Below, in pieces: positions 1-10,564 of a DNA stretch of 64,000 nucleotides. The stretch is from positions 21,124-85,123 of the IMG/VR virus record IMGVR_UViG_3300031994_000062; one strand, written 5' to 3'. A model generated the notes under the pieces. It did not search any database and was not told the DNA's origin. It worked only from the letters and a program-made list of their open reading frames with translations. Source of the DNA: a virus. Its lineage: Duplodnaviria; Caudoviricetes. Positions within the stretch are counted from its first letter, which is position 1, and each line of letters starts with the position of its first letter. A program made the translations under genes and the position numbers.

Positions 1-3000
1 AAGGCAGATTCAATATTCTTACGCATTAAATCAGTAGGATCCTTTGTATCGGAAAGCGCGTTGCTAGTTTGTTGAATGGCAGATTCAATCTGATGATATG
101 CGTCGGCAGCTTTATCGTCAGATAAATCAAGGGTGTCTTTATATTTAGCCATTTCTGTACTTCCTTTGGTCAACGCATCGGTAATATCATCCACCCGTTT
201 TTTGGCATTGTCGTAACGCTTTTGAACTTCAGGTCGAATTTTTCCTTTCTTTTCATCTTCGTCATAAGCCTTTTGTGCTTCATCTAATTCTTCCTGAGCT
301 TCTTTTAAGGCTTTTAAATTGTTTAATTGACCTTCTACTAATTTACTCTTACCGTAGACCTTTTTAGTGGGATCATAAACACCTGCTGGAAGTCCTGATT
401 TGGTGTAGTCAACAGTTCCTTTGTCGGAATTTAAAGCTTTCAATGCAGAATCGCTGGCACGTTTTTTCTCGGAATCCACAAGTTCTTGTTGGATATTTCT
501 CATGTCCTCAAGTTCACGCTTTTGTGCTTCAAGATTTGCGAGTTCTGCTTTGTCTGTAAATGTTAATTTATCTTTAGAATTAATTTCATCAATTCTAGAA
601 TTGATATCTTGGATTTTCTTATCTGTTTTGTCGAGTTCTGTAAGATCCTTGCTGTATTTTTCATTGTCTTCGTCAAACTTTTCAGATTTACGATCATAAT
701 CCTTTTCATACCATTTTGCTACACTTATAGCCGCTAATAATGCAGCAATTCCGCCAATTGCAAATTTCCACTTAAACAAGAAACTTCCTATTTTTTTTAC
801 AGTTTCTAATAAACGACTGAAACCAGTATTTGCTGCTGCGGTTCCTGCCGCGACTCCTCCGGCGGCGGCTTCAATACCTTCCATCTGTAAAGCTGCAGCT
901 CCAGTAGTTCCGGCAAATTCCTCCAAATCATCTGCGGCGTCAGCCAATTTTACAACTCCAGAATTAGCATTGCTACCAGTAATAGATCCTAAAAGTACTC
1001 CATTGTTTGCGGCAGTAAAAGCGCTTTGCTTGGCATTTAATTCAGAAGTGAAACTTGCCTCGGCTGCAGCTCCTGCGGCGTCGGCATATCCGGCAGCTAA
1101 TCTTTCTGCATTTGTAGCTGCCACTCCCGTGGCGGTCGCCACTTCTTCAGCTTCTAAAGCAGCAGCTGCTGTAGAACCAGCTAACAATTCTGTTTCAGAA
1201 CTTAGCGCTTCGGCTGCTGTTGCCGCCGTAGCTTCGGCTCCAGATAATACTTCAGCTTCTCCGGCCGCTGTGCCTGTCGCTGCCGCAGTCTCGGTTTGTG
1301 CCCCGGCCGCTAATGTTGCTTCTGATGCTACCGTTCCTTCAGTACCAGCCAGCATTGCCGCCTCTGCCGTTGTTCCGGCCATAGCTTCTTGAACCGCTTG
1401 TCCAGACATAGCTGTTTCATTCATAGCTGTTCCACTTAAAGTTGCAGCTGTAGCCATTCTTTCCGTACTTGCTGCTGCTTCTGCCGTTCGTGCAGATAAT
1501 TCTTTCCAACCAGTTTCATTAATTAGATTTTCAACATTTTTCTGATTGAGGTTATGATCAAGAGCAAAAGTATTTACTTCATCTAAAGTATCGAATTTAT
1601 TATTCTGTAGTTTACTTCTTAAAGTCTGTATTGCGAAATCGTTTGCTCCTGCATTAGCTATATACGGAATAGCGCTTGTAAGACCTACTAATCCACCAGC
1701 GCCAGCTAAAGTAGGAAATAATCCGATAGTATCAATGATATTGTTTAATAGCTCAAGAAACTCTGTTGCTCCTTCTATTAATCCTTTAAACATATCAGAC
1801 GTAAACACACTAGTTTGTAATTCCGATATACGTGTTTGCAATTGCGATATTTTACCATCAATAGAATCTAAATACTTTTCGTTTTCTTCCATAGCCGATC
1901 CTTCGGCGTTTTGAACCTGTTCGTATGCAGATCTAAGTATTTCAGGATTCTGAAGAATACTACCGGCAATATTAGCCCTTGTTTTTCCGGCAATTAATTC
2001 AAGCAATCCGTTGGCTTTATTTGTACCGAACTTTTTATCACTTTCTATAATTTCATCATAAATATCGGCAATTTCTTGCAATACCTGATATGTTGATTTA
2101 TACGTACCATCGTCAGACAACATACTTACGCCTTTATAATCATTTGACCCAACGGCAGTAAACTGTCTAAGTTGCTCGTCAATTTTACTCTTTGTTTGTA
2201 CGACAAAATCCGTAGTGTCTTCTCCGATATCTTCGAGTTCTTTTTTAGCCGCTTCTGTACCTGCCATTCTTAATGAAATAGTTCTTAATCCAGCACCGGT
2301 TTTAGATGCATTTTGGGTAATAGCATTGCCAGCTGTAATTAACGCAATCGATTCATTGATATCATTTCCGGCTGTCGATAATGCAGCAGCAGAGTCTTTT
2401 AAGCCAGTTGCCAATTGATCGGTTGAGATACTGAAGTTATTACCAATAAGATTTAATTTATCGACAATATCAATCTTCTCTAAATCATCATAAGCGGCAC
2501 TCATAGATATAAGGCTTTCTGTGGCCTCATCTATTGAAGAAAATTCAGATACATTCATCAATATATTCGCAGACTCTGCAGATTTTTGTGCTTCATCAAA
2601 GCTTTCACCAAGTCTCAAGAAATCAGCTGTACTCTGTTGAAGCTGTAAAGCTGTAGTACCAATATTAGATGCTAAATCAAAACTAACTTCTTGGAAATTA
2701 CGAAGACTTTGTACAGACTCATCCGATACTTTTCTCATCTCTGTAAGAGCTGTGTCGAATTGTCTTACTTCATTAGCCGTATCTTTTATTACACCTATGA
2801 TTCTATAAAATGATGCGAACGACGCTAAATATGCACCTAAGCTTCCCATACGCTGTTTCCAGGTATCAAAGAAACTCATCCCAGTTTTACCCGCAGCCGT
2901 TAAATTACCACGCAAAACATTTAATTGATTCGATAATTCATTAACATCTTTTACAGAATTTTTAGTATTTAAATCACCGATTTGAGCGCCTAGATTATTA

Positions 3001-6000
3001 AATTGATCTTTGAACGCACCTGATCTTGCTGCTTTAGAATTAAATTCTTTAATAGTAGCGAATCTTGTTTGTAAAGCAGATATTGATTTCTCACTTGCAG
3101 GAGTGAACTCTCCAGATTTAACTCTATTTTCAAGTTCTGTATACATATTAAGCAATTCTTGAATATCTGCTTTTTGCTTTTCATCATTAGGATCAAATGT
3201 GGTATTATTAAGATTATTAATAGCTTCGCGAATCTTTTCAACTTCAGCATAATAGGTATCAAACATACCTTTTTTGGCATTAAGATTATTAAGCTGATCA
3301 ACTTGTGTTTTCATAAAATCTTGATATGCCAATTGAGGCATAGATTCAATTTGTGCTTTAAATTGTCTGTCGGCCGCAGTAGCTTGATCACCGGCTTCTA
3401 CAATTCTTTGATACGCCTGTACAATATTATCAAGAGCGCTAGTTTGAACCGGAGTCATTTCTTTACCAGATAACTGAGCAGCGTAACCAGCTCTCGCATT
3501 CTTTAAATCCTCGTTCTGTTGCTTGGTTAACTGTACATCTTTAGTAACAGGATTAAGAGTTTGAGCATATTCTGCAAAATTTCCGCGTTCAACAGATTGA
3601 ATAGCCGCATCAAGATCCTTGACTTTTACAGTAGTCTGTGTAACCTTTCCATCGAGTTCATTAAAAAATGATAATACAGCCGTATTACCATCAAATTTAA
3701 CACCTTCAAAGGTGCCTAGTCCTTCTATAATTTTGTTTTTAGAGAAATAATCACGAATAGAACTTTGGTTAAATAACTTTTCGTATTCAGCTTGCTGATC
3801 GGCTCTTTGTTTCTCCGCGTCGCGTGCCGCCTTCGCCTGTTCCTGTTCTTGCTGTCTGAGTAATTTCGCATCGGCTTGTTTTTGCGCATTCTCAGAAATA
3901 TTAGACGCTTTTTGCATATCAGATAATTCTGATTTTGTTAATTTAATCAACTCTAATAATTTCTGAAGATCTGCAATTTGTTTTTCGTCACTCCAATCAA
4001 TTGTCATTCCTTGTAATTGATCAACATAACCTTTGAGATCTTTAAGTTTATCTGCAAATCCCGCGATTTTTGAAGAATCTACGTCCGTAAACTTCTGGAG
4101 ATCAGTACGCTCTTTTCCCACAGTGCTTCTAAGAGCAGCATTAGAAACTCGTTCAACAGAATTTACCAATTCTCTGTCGCCAGTGTTCTCTGGATTTAAA
4201 TACGACCTGGTTTGTTTTGCAGTTCCGTAAGCTTCGCGAATTTGTTTCATTACGTCTGTCTGAACACCAGATACTTCCTGTCCTTTAAGTATCGCATCAA
4301 GGCCAGCTTTGTAATCAGCCATAGTTTCTTTAAAGTTTGCTTTTGATAACTCAGAAGCCGTTTTATTAATAGCTGCTTCAGACTTTAATTGCTGTTGTTC
4401 TTGATCTTTACGTTGCTGTTCTTTAAGTTTGTCTTCTTCCTTAATTCTTTGCCCAGCTCTTTGAATCTGATATTTTTGCATTTCCTGATCTTCTTTAATC
4501 AAACGTTGTCTTTCAGCTTCTTTCGCAGCGGCTTCTTCTCTAACGATTCTTTGAGCTTCCTTTGCTTCTGCATCGTTTTGACGTTCTTTATCTTTGATAG
4601 CTTGTTCTTGTAAGCGTTTATTTTCCTTTTGCTGTCTTTCTTGTGCTTTTTGCTGTCTTTCTTGTGCTTTTTCGCGTTCGCGCTCTTGTCTTTCAGCTTC
4701 TTTGACTGCATCTTTATCGATTTGAGTATATGAATTTTTAAAATCATCTTTATTAAATGTACCTTTTTTTAATTTATCTGATACTTCAACAAGATCTTCA
4801 AACCTTACTATAGTCTCAGCCAAACCTTCATTGAAGGCTACAACAGCGTCGCCATCTTCGCCGAAGGAAATTAATTTTTTAAAATCTCCAAGACCTACAT
4901 CGTTAAATAAATCGTTGTATTGACTAAGATCGTAATTCTCAAGAAATACATCTTTTGTCATTCCACGATATTTATTACCACGGCCTTCACCTTCTCCGCG
5001 ACCTTTTTTATTCGGGTCCTCAGGCTTACCACCGCCAGCGGGTTTATTCTCAGTTTTTTCTGATTCATCATTTACACCTTTGACGGTTAGTTCGACTTCT
5101 TTCCCGGTTAGGGATGACTGAATAGAAGAGATAAAAGCATCCGCGTCGGTTTCAAGAGGTTTAAAACCTATTTGAACTTTCTGTTCTCCGATTTCACTCT
5201 GAATCTTTGAAACAAAATCTGCTCCAGCACCTTCAATAGGTTCAACGTTTAAATGAATTGATTGACCTTCCGCTTCGGATTGTACCTGGGAAATTAGAGA
5301 AGAAGATGATCCTTCGGCTGGTTTAAAGGTTACAGGAATTTCAAAATTTCCCTTACCACTTACAGAATTAGCATTATCGCTTACAGACTTAATACTATTC
5401 TGAGCACGATTATTAAGGATATCGTTAATATCGACTTCTTCAATAGTTCCTTTTTTGTAAGCTTTATAGCCAGATATATTATAATTATCATCATAATTAG
5501 GAAGAATTTCTATATTCCTCATGATGCCCGACTTTAATATATTAAGCGTTTTTAAGTCACTGTCTCTAGGCACCCAATGCGAATCTATAAAATCTTTAGT
5601 ATCTTTAAATCCAAGATTCAATCCGGATTTTTTCATAGCCCTATCCAATGTTTCTTTATCGCCGCTTAACAATAATGCTTGTTGCATATACATTTGAGCT
5701 TCTTGCGTTGAAAATAAATCTGGATAAGATCCGGAAGAGATCTGTTCGTTATGATATGCTCTTATTTTTTCAATACATTCATCAAGAGTTACGTTAAATC
5801 TTTGAGCATTACTTAAATCTTTAGCTGTAAAAATTTGATCTTGTTGTTTAAGACCATTTAATATTTCAGTAATATTTTTTCCTCTTGCAGATCCAAGTTT
5901 CAATTTTTGAATAGAGTCCCAGGCATTATCTATTGCGAATTGATCTTTTAACTCTGACTCTGCTACTCCAAAAGATTTATAAATTCCTTTTAATCTCTGA

Positions 6001-7625
6001 TAAGTTATTGCCAGAGATTCCTTTTGAGATTTATCAATATCTTTCGGATTCCAATATGGAACTTCTGTTGCTCCATACGTTTTTTTTATTAAATCATTAA
6101 TACTTAAATTATATGGTTCAATCTTTTTTTTCAAAGTATCGGAAATACCAGGTTTGATATTTTCAGCAATAACATCTTGAATTTCATTTGAAATTTTCGA
6201 AGGTGTAGCACCGGAAGATCCACTACCCATCTTGATATTATTAGGATCAACCTCGACGCCAATCTTAACATTCTGACCTTCTAAAGCATTCTGAATCTTA
6301 CCAACAAATCCGCCAACATCATCTGCTTTAGGCTCAATAGGAATATCAAGTGGTTTATCAACATGTATGGCTTCAGAAATTTTACTTTGAAGTTCCGTAA
6401 CTTTACCTTGGGCGTCAGAAAGCTTGCTCACTGCTTCTGTTAATGATTCGACGAATTTATTAATTTCTTCAGTGTTGAAACCGCCACTTCCACCAGCGCC
6501 TTCTTTGTCGGCTTCTGCTGCTAATTTTGCAGCTTCTGCTTCAGCTTTTTTTGCAGCCATACGATCTTCGTTGACTTTAGCAGTATCATAATCTCTTTGT
6601 AATCTTTGTCTTTGTTGACGCGCCGCCTCAAGTTTGCCTATTGGAGTATTCTCGTCTCCAAGAGATTTCATCGTTTGAAGATTACCGCTTATAACATCAA
6701 CATTTTTCATTGTTGTTAATTTTCTTACAATATCATAATACTGTTGCAAATTAGATACTAATTTGGTTATCTGTTCAACGTTGCCTTTTGCGTTTTTACT
6801 GTCATATTTAATCTCAATTGGCTTATTGAATTGAATGTCGCTCAATTTTCCGCCAAGCTTGGTATATGTATCCAAATTCTTAAAGAACTTGTCATCAAAC
6901 ATTAAATCTCGATTGGTAGCTGCGGCTTCGGCGGCTTCTGCGGCCTTTTTGCTTGTAAGATATTTATAAGATTTTTCATAATCTTTAGCTACCTTACCAA
7001 GACCACCTTTTTTACTATCTAAGAGTTGCGCATCTAAATTGGTTATTTCCTTCATAATATCTTCTGAAGGAGCCAATTTGATCCCAGATATATCAATTAA
7101 AGTATCTCGAATTTGAGTTAAAGTAGTTTTTAATTCTTCGAAAGATTGCACATCAATCTTGGTGTCGACCATTGCTGCCATAGCTTTAGTAACCGCATCA
7201 ACATTATCGTTAATGTTCCTTAATTCGTCTCCGGTTACTCTTAACCCCATAATATCTTTGCCTTCATCCGTTTTCCCTATTTGTTGCGTAACTTGAAGTA
7301 AATTATTTCTTAAAAATTGAACCCTATCTGCCGCCTTTTGCAGACTTGTTTGCATATCATCGAGTTCTTGAACCTGACCATTTATAACTCCTTTGCCAGA
7401 TCCAAATACTTTCTTAAAGTCGAGTCCTTTAAGATTTTTATTCATACCAATCAAATAATTATCTAATTCATTGAACAACCCTTGTATTTGCTTTTTATCT
7501 ATGCCAATATCAATTGTATACTGTTTGCCTTCGATAGCTTCCTTAGTTTCTCTTTCAGCTTCCTTAGTATCTGCATGGACTTTGGCAGTGACGTCCATTT
7601 CAATACTTTTTTTTAAATCTGCCAT
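1..7625 (-). CDS. Tail tape measure protein, 3'-truncated by window edge (>2540 aa)
   Basis: ATG at 7625 with RBS AAGGTGGTG, starting MADLKKSIEMDVTAK. Absent from the ORF track, consistent with no in-window stop; segments I translated are open. TP901-type TMP core at about 2200-2800 (LQQSTADFLRLGESFDEAQKSAE...ISTDQLATGL...GAGLRTISLRMAG). Downstream of the tail genes. Confidence 0.9.
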   Translation of the reverse strand, partial: MADLKKSIEMDVTAKVHADTKEAERETKEAIEGKQYTIDIGIDKKQIQGLFNELDNYLIGMNKNLKGLDFKKVFGSGKGVINGQVQELDDMQTSLQKAADRVQFLRNNLLQVTQQIGKTDEGKDIMGLRVTGDELRNINDNVDAVTKAMAAMVDTKIDVQSFEELKTTLTQIRDTLIDISGIKLAPSEDIMKEITNLDAQLLDSKKGGLGKVAKDYEKSYKYLTSKKAAEAAEAAATNRDLMFDDKFFKNLDTYTKLGGKLSDIQFNKPIEIKYDSKNAKGNVEQITKLVSNLQQYYDIVRKLTTMKNVDVISGNLQTMKSLGDENTPIGKLEAARQQRQRLQRDYDTAKVNEDRMAAKKAEAEAAKLAAEADKEGAGGSGGFNTEEINKFVESLTEAVSKLSDAQGKVTELQSKISEAIHVDKPLDIPIEPKADDVGGFVGKIQNALEGQNVKIGVEVDPNNIKMGSGSSGATPSKISNEIQDVIAENIKPGISDTLKKKIEPYNLSINDLIKKTYGATEVPYWNPKDIDKSQKESLAITYQRLKGIYKSFGVAESELKDQFAIDNAWDSIQKLKLGSARGKNITEILNGLKQQDQIFTAKDLSNAQRFNVTLDECIEKIRAYHNEQISSGSYPDLFSTQEAQMYMQQALLLSGDKETLDRAMKKSGLNLGFKDTKDFIDSHWVPRDSDLKTLNILKSGIMRNIEILPNYDDNYNISGYKAYKKGTIEEVDINDILNNRAQNSIKSVSDNANSVSGKGNFEIPVTFKPAEGSSSSLISQVQSEAEGQSIHLNVEPIEGAGADFVSKIQSEIGEQKVQIGFKPLETDADAFISSIQSSLTGKEVELTVKGVNDESEKTENKPAGGGKPEDPNKKGRGEGEGRGNKYRGMTKDVFLENYDLSQYNDLFNDVGLGDFKKLISFGEDGDAVVAFNEGLAETIVRFEDLVEVSDKLKKGTFNKDDFKNSYTQIDKDAVKEAERQEREREKAQERQQKAQERQQKENKRLQEQAIKDKERQNDAEAKEAQRIVREEAAAKEAERQRLIKEDQEMQKYQIQRAGQRIKEEDKLKEQQRKDQEQQQLKSEAAINKTASELSKANFKETMADYKAGLDAILKGQEVSGVQTDVMKQIREAYGTAKQTRSYLNPENTGDRELVNSVERVSNAALRSTVGKERTDLQKFTDVDSSKIAGFADKLKDLKGYVDQLQGMTIDWSDEKQIADLQKLLELIKLTKSELSDMQKASNISENAQKQADAKLLRQQEQEQAKAARDAEKQRADQQAEYEKLFNQSSIRDYFSKNKIIEGLGTFEGVKFDGNTAVLSFFNELDGKVTQTTVKVKDLDAAIQSVERGNFAEYAQTLNPVTKDVQLTKQQNEDLKNARAGYAAQLSGKEMTPVQTSALDNIVQAYQRIVEAGDQATAADRQFKAQIESMPQLAYQDFMKTQVDQLNNLNAKKGMFDTYYAEVEKIREAINNLNNTTFDPNDEKQKADIQELLNMYTELENRVKSGEFTPASEKSISALQTRFATIKEFNSKAARSGAFKDQFNNLGAQIGDLNTKNSVKDVNELSNQLNVLRGNLTAAGKTGMSFFDTWKQRMGSLGAYLASFASFYRIIGVIKDTANEVRQFDTALTEMRKVSDESVQSLRNFQEVSFDLASNIGTTALQLQQSTADFLRLGESFDEAQKSAESANILMNVSEFSSIDEATESLISMSAAYDDLEKIDIVDKLNLIGNNFSISTDQLATGLKDSAAALSTAGNDINESIALITAGNAITQNASKTGAGLRTISLRMAGTEAAKKELEDIGEDTTDFVVQTKSKIDEQLRQFTAVGSNDYKGVSMLSDDGTYKSTYQVLQEIADIYDEIIESDKKFGTNKANGLLELIAGKTRANIAGSILQNPEILRSAYEQVQNAEGSAMEENEKYLDSIDGKISQLQTRISELQTSVFTSDMFKGLIEGATEFLELLNNIIDTIGLFPTLAGAGGLVGLTSAIPYIANAGANDFAIQTLRSKLQNNKFDTLDEVNTFALDHNLNQKNVENLINETGWKELSARTAEAAASTERMATAATLSGTAMNETAMSGQAVQEAMAGTTAEAAMLAGTEGTVASEATLAAGAQTETAAATGTAAGEAEVLSGAEATAATAAEALSSETELLAGSTAAAALEAEEVATATGVAATNAERLAAGYADAAGAAAEASFTSELNAKQSAFTAANNGVLLGSITGSNANSGVVKLADAADDLEEFAGTTGAAALQMEGIEAAAGGVAAGTAAANTGFSRLLETVKKIGSFLFKWKFAIGGIAALLAAISVAKWYEKDYDRKSEKFDEDNEKYSKDLTELDKTDKKIQDINSRIDEINSKDKLTFTDKAELANLEAQKRELEDMRNIQQELVDSEKKRASDSALKALNSDKGTVDYTKSGLPAGVYDPTKKVYGKSKLVEGQLNNLKALKEAQEELDEAQKAYDEDEKKGKIRPEVQKRYDNAKKRVDDITDALTKGSTEMAKYKDTLDLSDDKAADAYHQIESAIQQTSNALSDTKDPTDLMRKNIESA

Positions 7626-7646
7626 ACATATTTCACCACCTTCTTA

Positions 7647-8039
7647 TTAAAAATCATATGCTAGGAAAAATTCCTCAATTAATTCCCAGGGGCTTGGTTG
7701 CATTTGTGGAATATGTTTTTTTGGTCTTCCCCATGCTAATGGTCCACCATGATAACCAACACCAAATGATCCTGCAAAAACCGCATCGTCACTTCTATGC
7801 GATTTTCCAAAAAATTCTGGAGAATAGGTAATTCTAACAGTATATCCATTCTCTATTGGCTCTATTTCAGTTTTCCACATATTTTGCATACCAAATGTCC
7901 GGTCATATATCATAGGTTCATAATCACCATAAAAAGCATTAATTGCATTTGAACTTTGGCGATCAAAATCTTCGGCAACTTGAATAGCATATGGCAATAA
8001 CAACTCATGTATTTCAGAATCCGTAAATATATCAGCCAT
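7647..8039 (-). CDS. Hypothetical protein directly upstream of TMP
   Basis: 130 aa ORF overlapping the upstream gene stop. Confidence 0.75.
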   Translation of the reverse strand: MADIFTDSEIHELLLPYAIQVAEDFDRQSSNAINAFYGDYEPMIYDRTFGMQNMWKTEIEPIENGYTVRITYSPEFFGKSHRSDDAVFAGSFGVGYHGGPLAWGRPKKHIPQMQPSPWELIEEFFLAYDF

Positions 8040-8586
8040 TTAAATCAGTCCCAAGATTTTCGAATATAGATACTATTTCGTTCATTTTTCCGGGATCTTT
8101 GAGTATATCTGAAATATCTCCAAGGCTACGTTTGATGTCGATAATTATTCCAGATAAATAAGCCTCAAAGCTACCTTTAGATTTTTCAAAATTCGACACT
8201 AACATAGCATTTACACTAGACAATTCTTTGATTTCATACTCTCCAATAATTTCACAAATAACACCAACTAATCCTGATTCAGTTAAAGCATCATAACACT
8301 CAAAATTCGCGCCGACTTCTTTTCCATCAACATTTTTTTTATCAACCGTTAAATCCGTATAAAGCGCGATCATCGCAAGAGTATAATTTATTTTAGATGT
8401 CATCATATCAATATACTTAATTCCGGTTTCAGATATAGACACAGCGTTGTCTAGCATCATCTGAAGAATAAGCCGTTTTTCTAAAACGGGACAATACTTT
8501 CTTTTAATATGAGACTGGATCATTTGCTCCCTAGCTTTATCTGAATTCATATTTTTATATTTCTTACAAAATTCTAAAATTGTCAT
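8032..8586 (-). CDS. Hypothetical protein (paralog of 8588-8995)
   Basis: 184 aa, RBS AGGAG; shares the Y.P...K...I and LI.LY/AY.D/N pattern with its neighbour. Confidence 0.8.
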   Translation of the reverse strand: MTILEFCKKYKNMNSDKAREQMIQSHIKRKYCPVLEKRLILQMMLDNAVSISETGIKYIDMMTSKINYTLAMIALYTDLTVDKKNVDGKEVGANFECYDALTESGLVGVICEIIGEYEIKELSSVNAMLVSNFEKSKGSFEAYLSGIIIDIKRSLGDISDILKDPGKMNEIVSIFENLGTDLNG

Positions 8587-8587
8587 C

Positions 8588-8995
8588 CTAATTCCTCCTT
8601 GCTAAAGCAGCCTGACTGCGTTCATTTTGATATAAATCGTTTAATTTGCACTGCATAATTTCGTCAAATCGCGCGATTTCCGATTCATCAATATATCCTA
8701 ATAGAAAACTAACAGCATCACGCATTTCTAATTCATCAAATTCTTCTGTTATATTATTATAATCAATATCTACATTCATATAGGCATTGATCAATGTCAT
8801 TCTATAAAGCAAATTTCTATATGCCGAATTAATATTAAAATCGCCATCTTTATCATATGTACTATCATAAATAATAGCTTCGCATATTTCACATTTTTTA
8901 TCGAATGGAATATAATCAACAACTTCCAACTCAATATCGTCAAATCCGGTATCTATATATTTCTCATATTGATCTATAAATTCCTGTGTAGTCAT
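8588..8995 (-). CDS. Hypothetical protein (paralog of 8032-8586)
   Basis: 135 aa, RBS AAGGAGG. Confidence 0.8.
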   Translation of the reverse strand: MTTQEFIDQYEKYIDTGFDDIELEVVDYIPFDKKCEICEAIIYDSTYDKDGDFNINSAYRNLLYRMTLINAYMNVDIDYNNITEEFDELEMRDAVSFLLGYIDESEIARFDEIMQCKLNDLYQNERSQAALARRN

Positions 8996-9102
8996 TTTGG
9001 TTCCTCCTTGTTATCATTTATGTAAATAACCACTTCAGTCCTTGGATGTTCTTTATCAACATCGGTTTTTAACGTTAGTGATTTTAAGTGCTTTCCGTCG
9101 TC
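8992..9102 (-). pseudogene. Orphaned C-terminal fragment of a RusA-like gene
   Basis: Translates DDGKHLKSLTLKTDVDKEHPRTEVVIYINDNKEEPK*, aligning to the RusA end DDYKHYKRMIMSIDYDKENPRTEILI. Its TGA overlaps the next ATG. Confidence 0.75.
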
Positions 9103-10127
9103 AAATCTCTAATGCATACCATTTTCTTTTCTTGATTTGAATATTCCCAATTATCAATAAACGGACTAATCTCATCTCTTAATTCATTGTAAAAATCTTC
9201 ATCTATAAGAATTAATTTTGAAAATTCTTCTGGATATTGATCTTTAAATAGCTGTAATCTTATTTTACTTTTTTCATCCATCCAACCTTTAACTTCAATC
9301 CATTTATCAAATTCTGGCAAATAAAAATCGGGCTGGTAACTAGCCACCCCGTTTACAGATTCGTCAAAATAAAATCTTTTAAATTCGTATTTCCATTCTA
9401 TATAATTATAATTCAATAATCTCGCTATATTTGATTCCCATGAACTCCTAAAAAATTGATTGTTTAAATCTTTTCGCTTCCCACTTTTTGTACGTGAATA
9501 AGAATTTTCAGAAGTAGAAGTTATGATATTATTTTTAATTTTGGTTTCCAAACTTTTTCTCGCTCTAATACTTTTCTCTTCTTTTGACATATTTGCGGCA
9601 AGTTCAATATGTGACTTTGACATCTTTCTTTTAGTTTCATCGGTATGATGTTTACCCAACATACCTCTTGGATGAGTTTCTGAATTGCCCATAGTCTTTT
9701 TTGCAGTTTCTGATAATTTTTTACGTACAACATTTTTAAAATAATCACTATTATAATAATCTGATAATTTTTCTTTATAATTTTTAAGTTTTTCTTCTGT
9801 CATTGGACGAGAATTATTTGAAATACCTATCTTGTTTGCATATCTACAAATAGATGTTTTTTGTCTGTTTATTTTTTTCGATAATACATCAAGATCTATA
9901 GCATCTGGATTTTTCATATAATAATCTTTTATAATTTGTTTTTCTATATCTGTAAATGGCTTAAACTTACCACTCTGTATACCTAATGCGGTTTTCTTCC
10001 CTCGGATACTACCTTCAGATCTATTGAGCAACTCACTTAGTTCTTTTACAGATAATTCTACGTTATCTTTAAGTATTTGCACCTCGTCTTGAGACCAAAA
10101 TCCTGTTTTATAAGCCATATATATCAC
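9084..10127 (-). CDS. Free-standing homing endonuclease-like protein (HTH repeats + NUMOD3 + PD-(D/E)XK nuclease)
   Basis: NUMOD3-like HPRGMLGKHHTDETKRKMS; C-terminal RSSWE...YQPDFYLPEFDKWIEVKG. Likely start ATG 10118. Confidence 0.75.
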   Translation of the reverse strand: MIYMAYKTGFWSQDEVQILKDNVELSVKELSELLNRSEGSIRGKKTALGIQSGKFKPFTDIEKQIIKDYYMKNPDAIDLDVLSKKINRQKTSICRYANKIGISNNSRPMTEEKLKNYKEKLSDYYNSDYFKNVVRKKLSETAKKTMGNSETHPRGMLGKHHTDETKRKMSKSHIELAANMSKEEKSIRARKSLETKIKNNIITSTSENSYSRTKSGKRKDLNNQFFRSSWESNIARLLNYNYIEWKYEFKRFYFDESVNGVASYQPDFYLPEFDKWIEVKGWMDEKSKIRLQLFKDQYPEEFSKLILIDEDFYNELRDEISPFIDNWEYSNQEKKMVCIRDLTTEST

Positions 10128-10564
10128 TGCTCCTTTATTTTTATTAATATTTCTGTTCGCGGATTTTCTTTGTCGTAATCAATAGACATAATCATCCGTT
10201 TGTAGTGCTTGTAATCATCGTCAACAATAAATCCAGATTCTACGAATCCATCATCTATAAACTTTGATATAAAATTTTGTATATCAGCACGCTTCTTTGT
10301 CGGAAAATAAATTGTTTCCTCTATTTCAAAATTATCCAACATCATATTCGCGTACCCTAATTTATCTATCCACCAAATTACGAATTCTTTCCACTTCTGT
10401 TTCAACGCATTCATCTGTGGTCTCGGCATAATCATCCATTCATTAATACTTGGATGCCACGGTTTTTCTATCGGAGCCTTGCGGGCTTTTGGATGTTTTT
10501 TAAAATAATATTTGTTATATTCATCAAGCAAATCTTGATCTAAAACTAGCTTTATTTCTTGCAT
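10124..10564 (-). CDS. rusA: RusA-like Holliday junction resolvase
   Basis: RADIQNFISKFIDDGFVESGFIVDDD matches the RusA D..N..K...D.......DD pattern; C-terminal PRTEI. Confidence 0.7.
   Translation of the reverse strand: MQEIKLVLDQDLLDEYNKYYFKKHPKARKAPIEKPWHPSINEWMIMPRPQMNALKQKWKEFVIWWIDKLGYANMMLDNFEIEETIYFPTKKRADIQNFISKFIDDGFVESGFIVDDDYKHYKRMIMSIDYDKENPRTEILIKIKEQ

Noticed and set aside
421-4613. Plus-strand ORFs (e.g. the 140-aa Ala-rich ORF at 970-1392) and short alternate-frame ORFs over the TMP
   Set aside because: Antisense or off-frame shadows of the Ala-rich and coiled-coil TMP sequence; no RBS or motif support. The same applies to plus-strand ORFs throughout the window.
4630-4671. 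21-bp tandem duplication (TGCTGTCTTTCTTGTGCTTTT x2)
   Set aside because: An in-frame heptad duplication in a coiled coil; ordinary.
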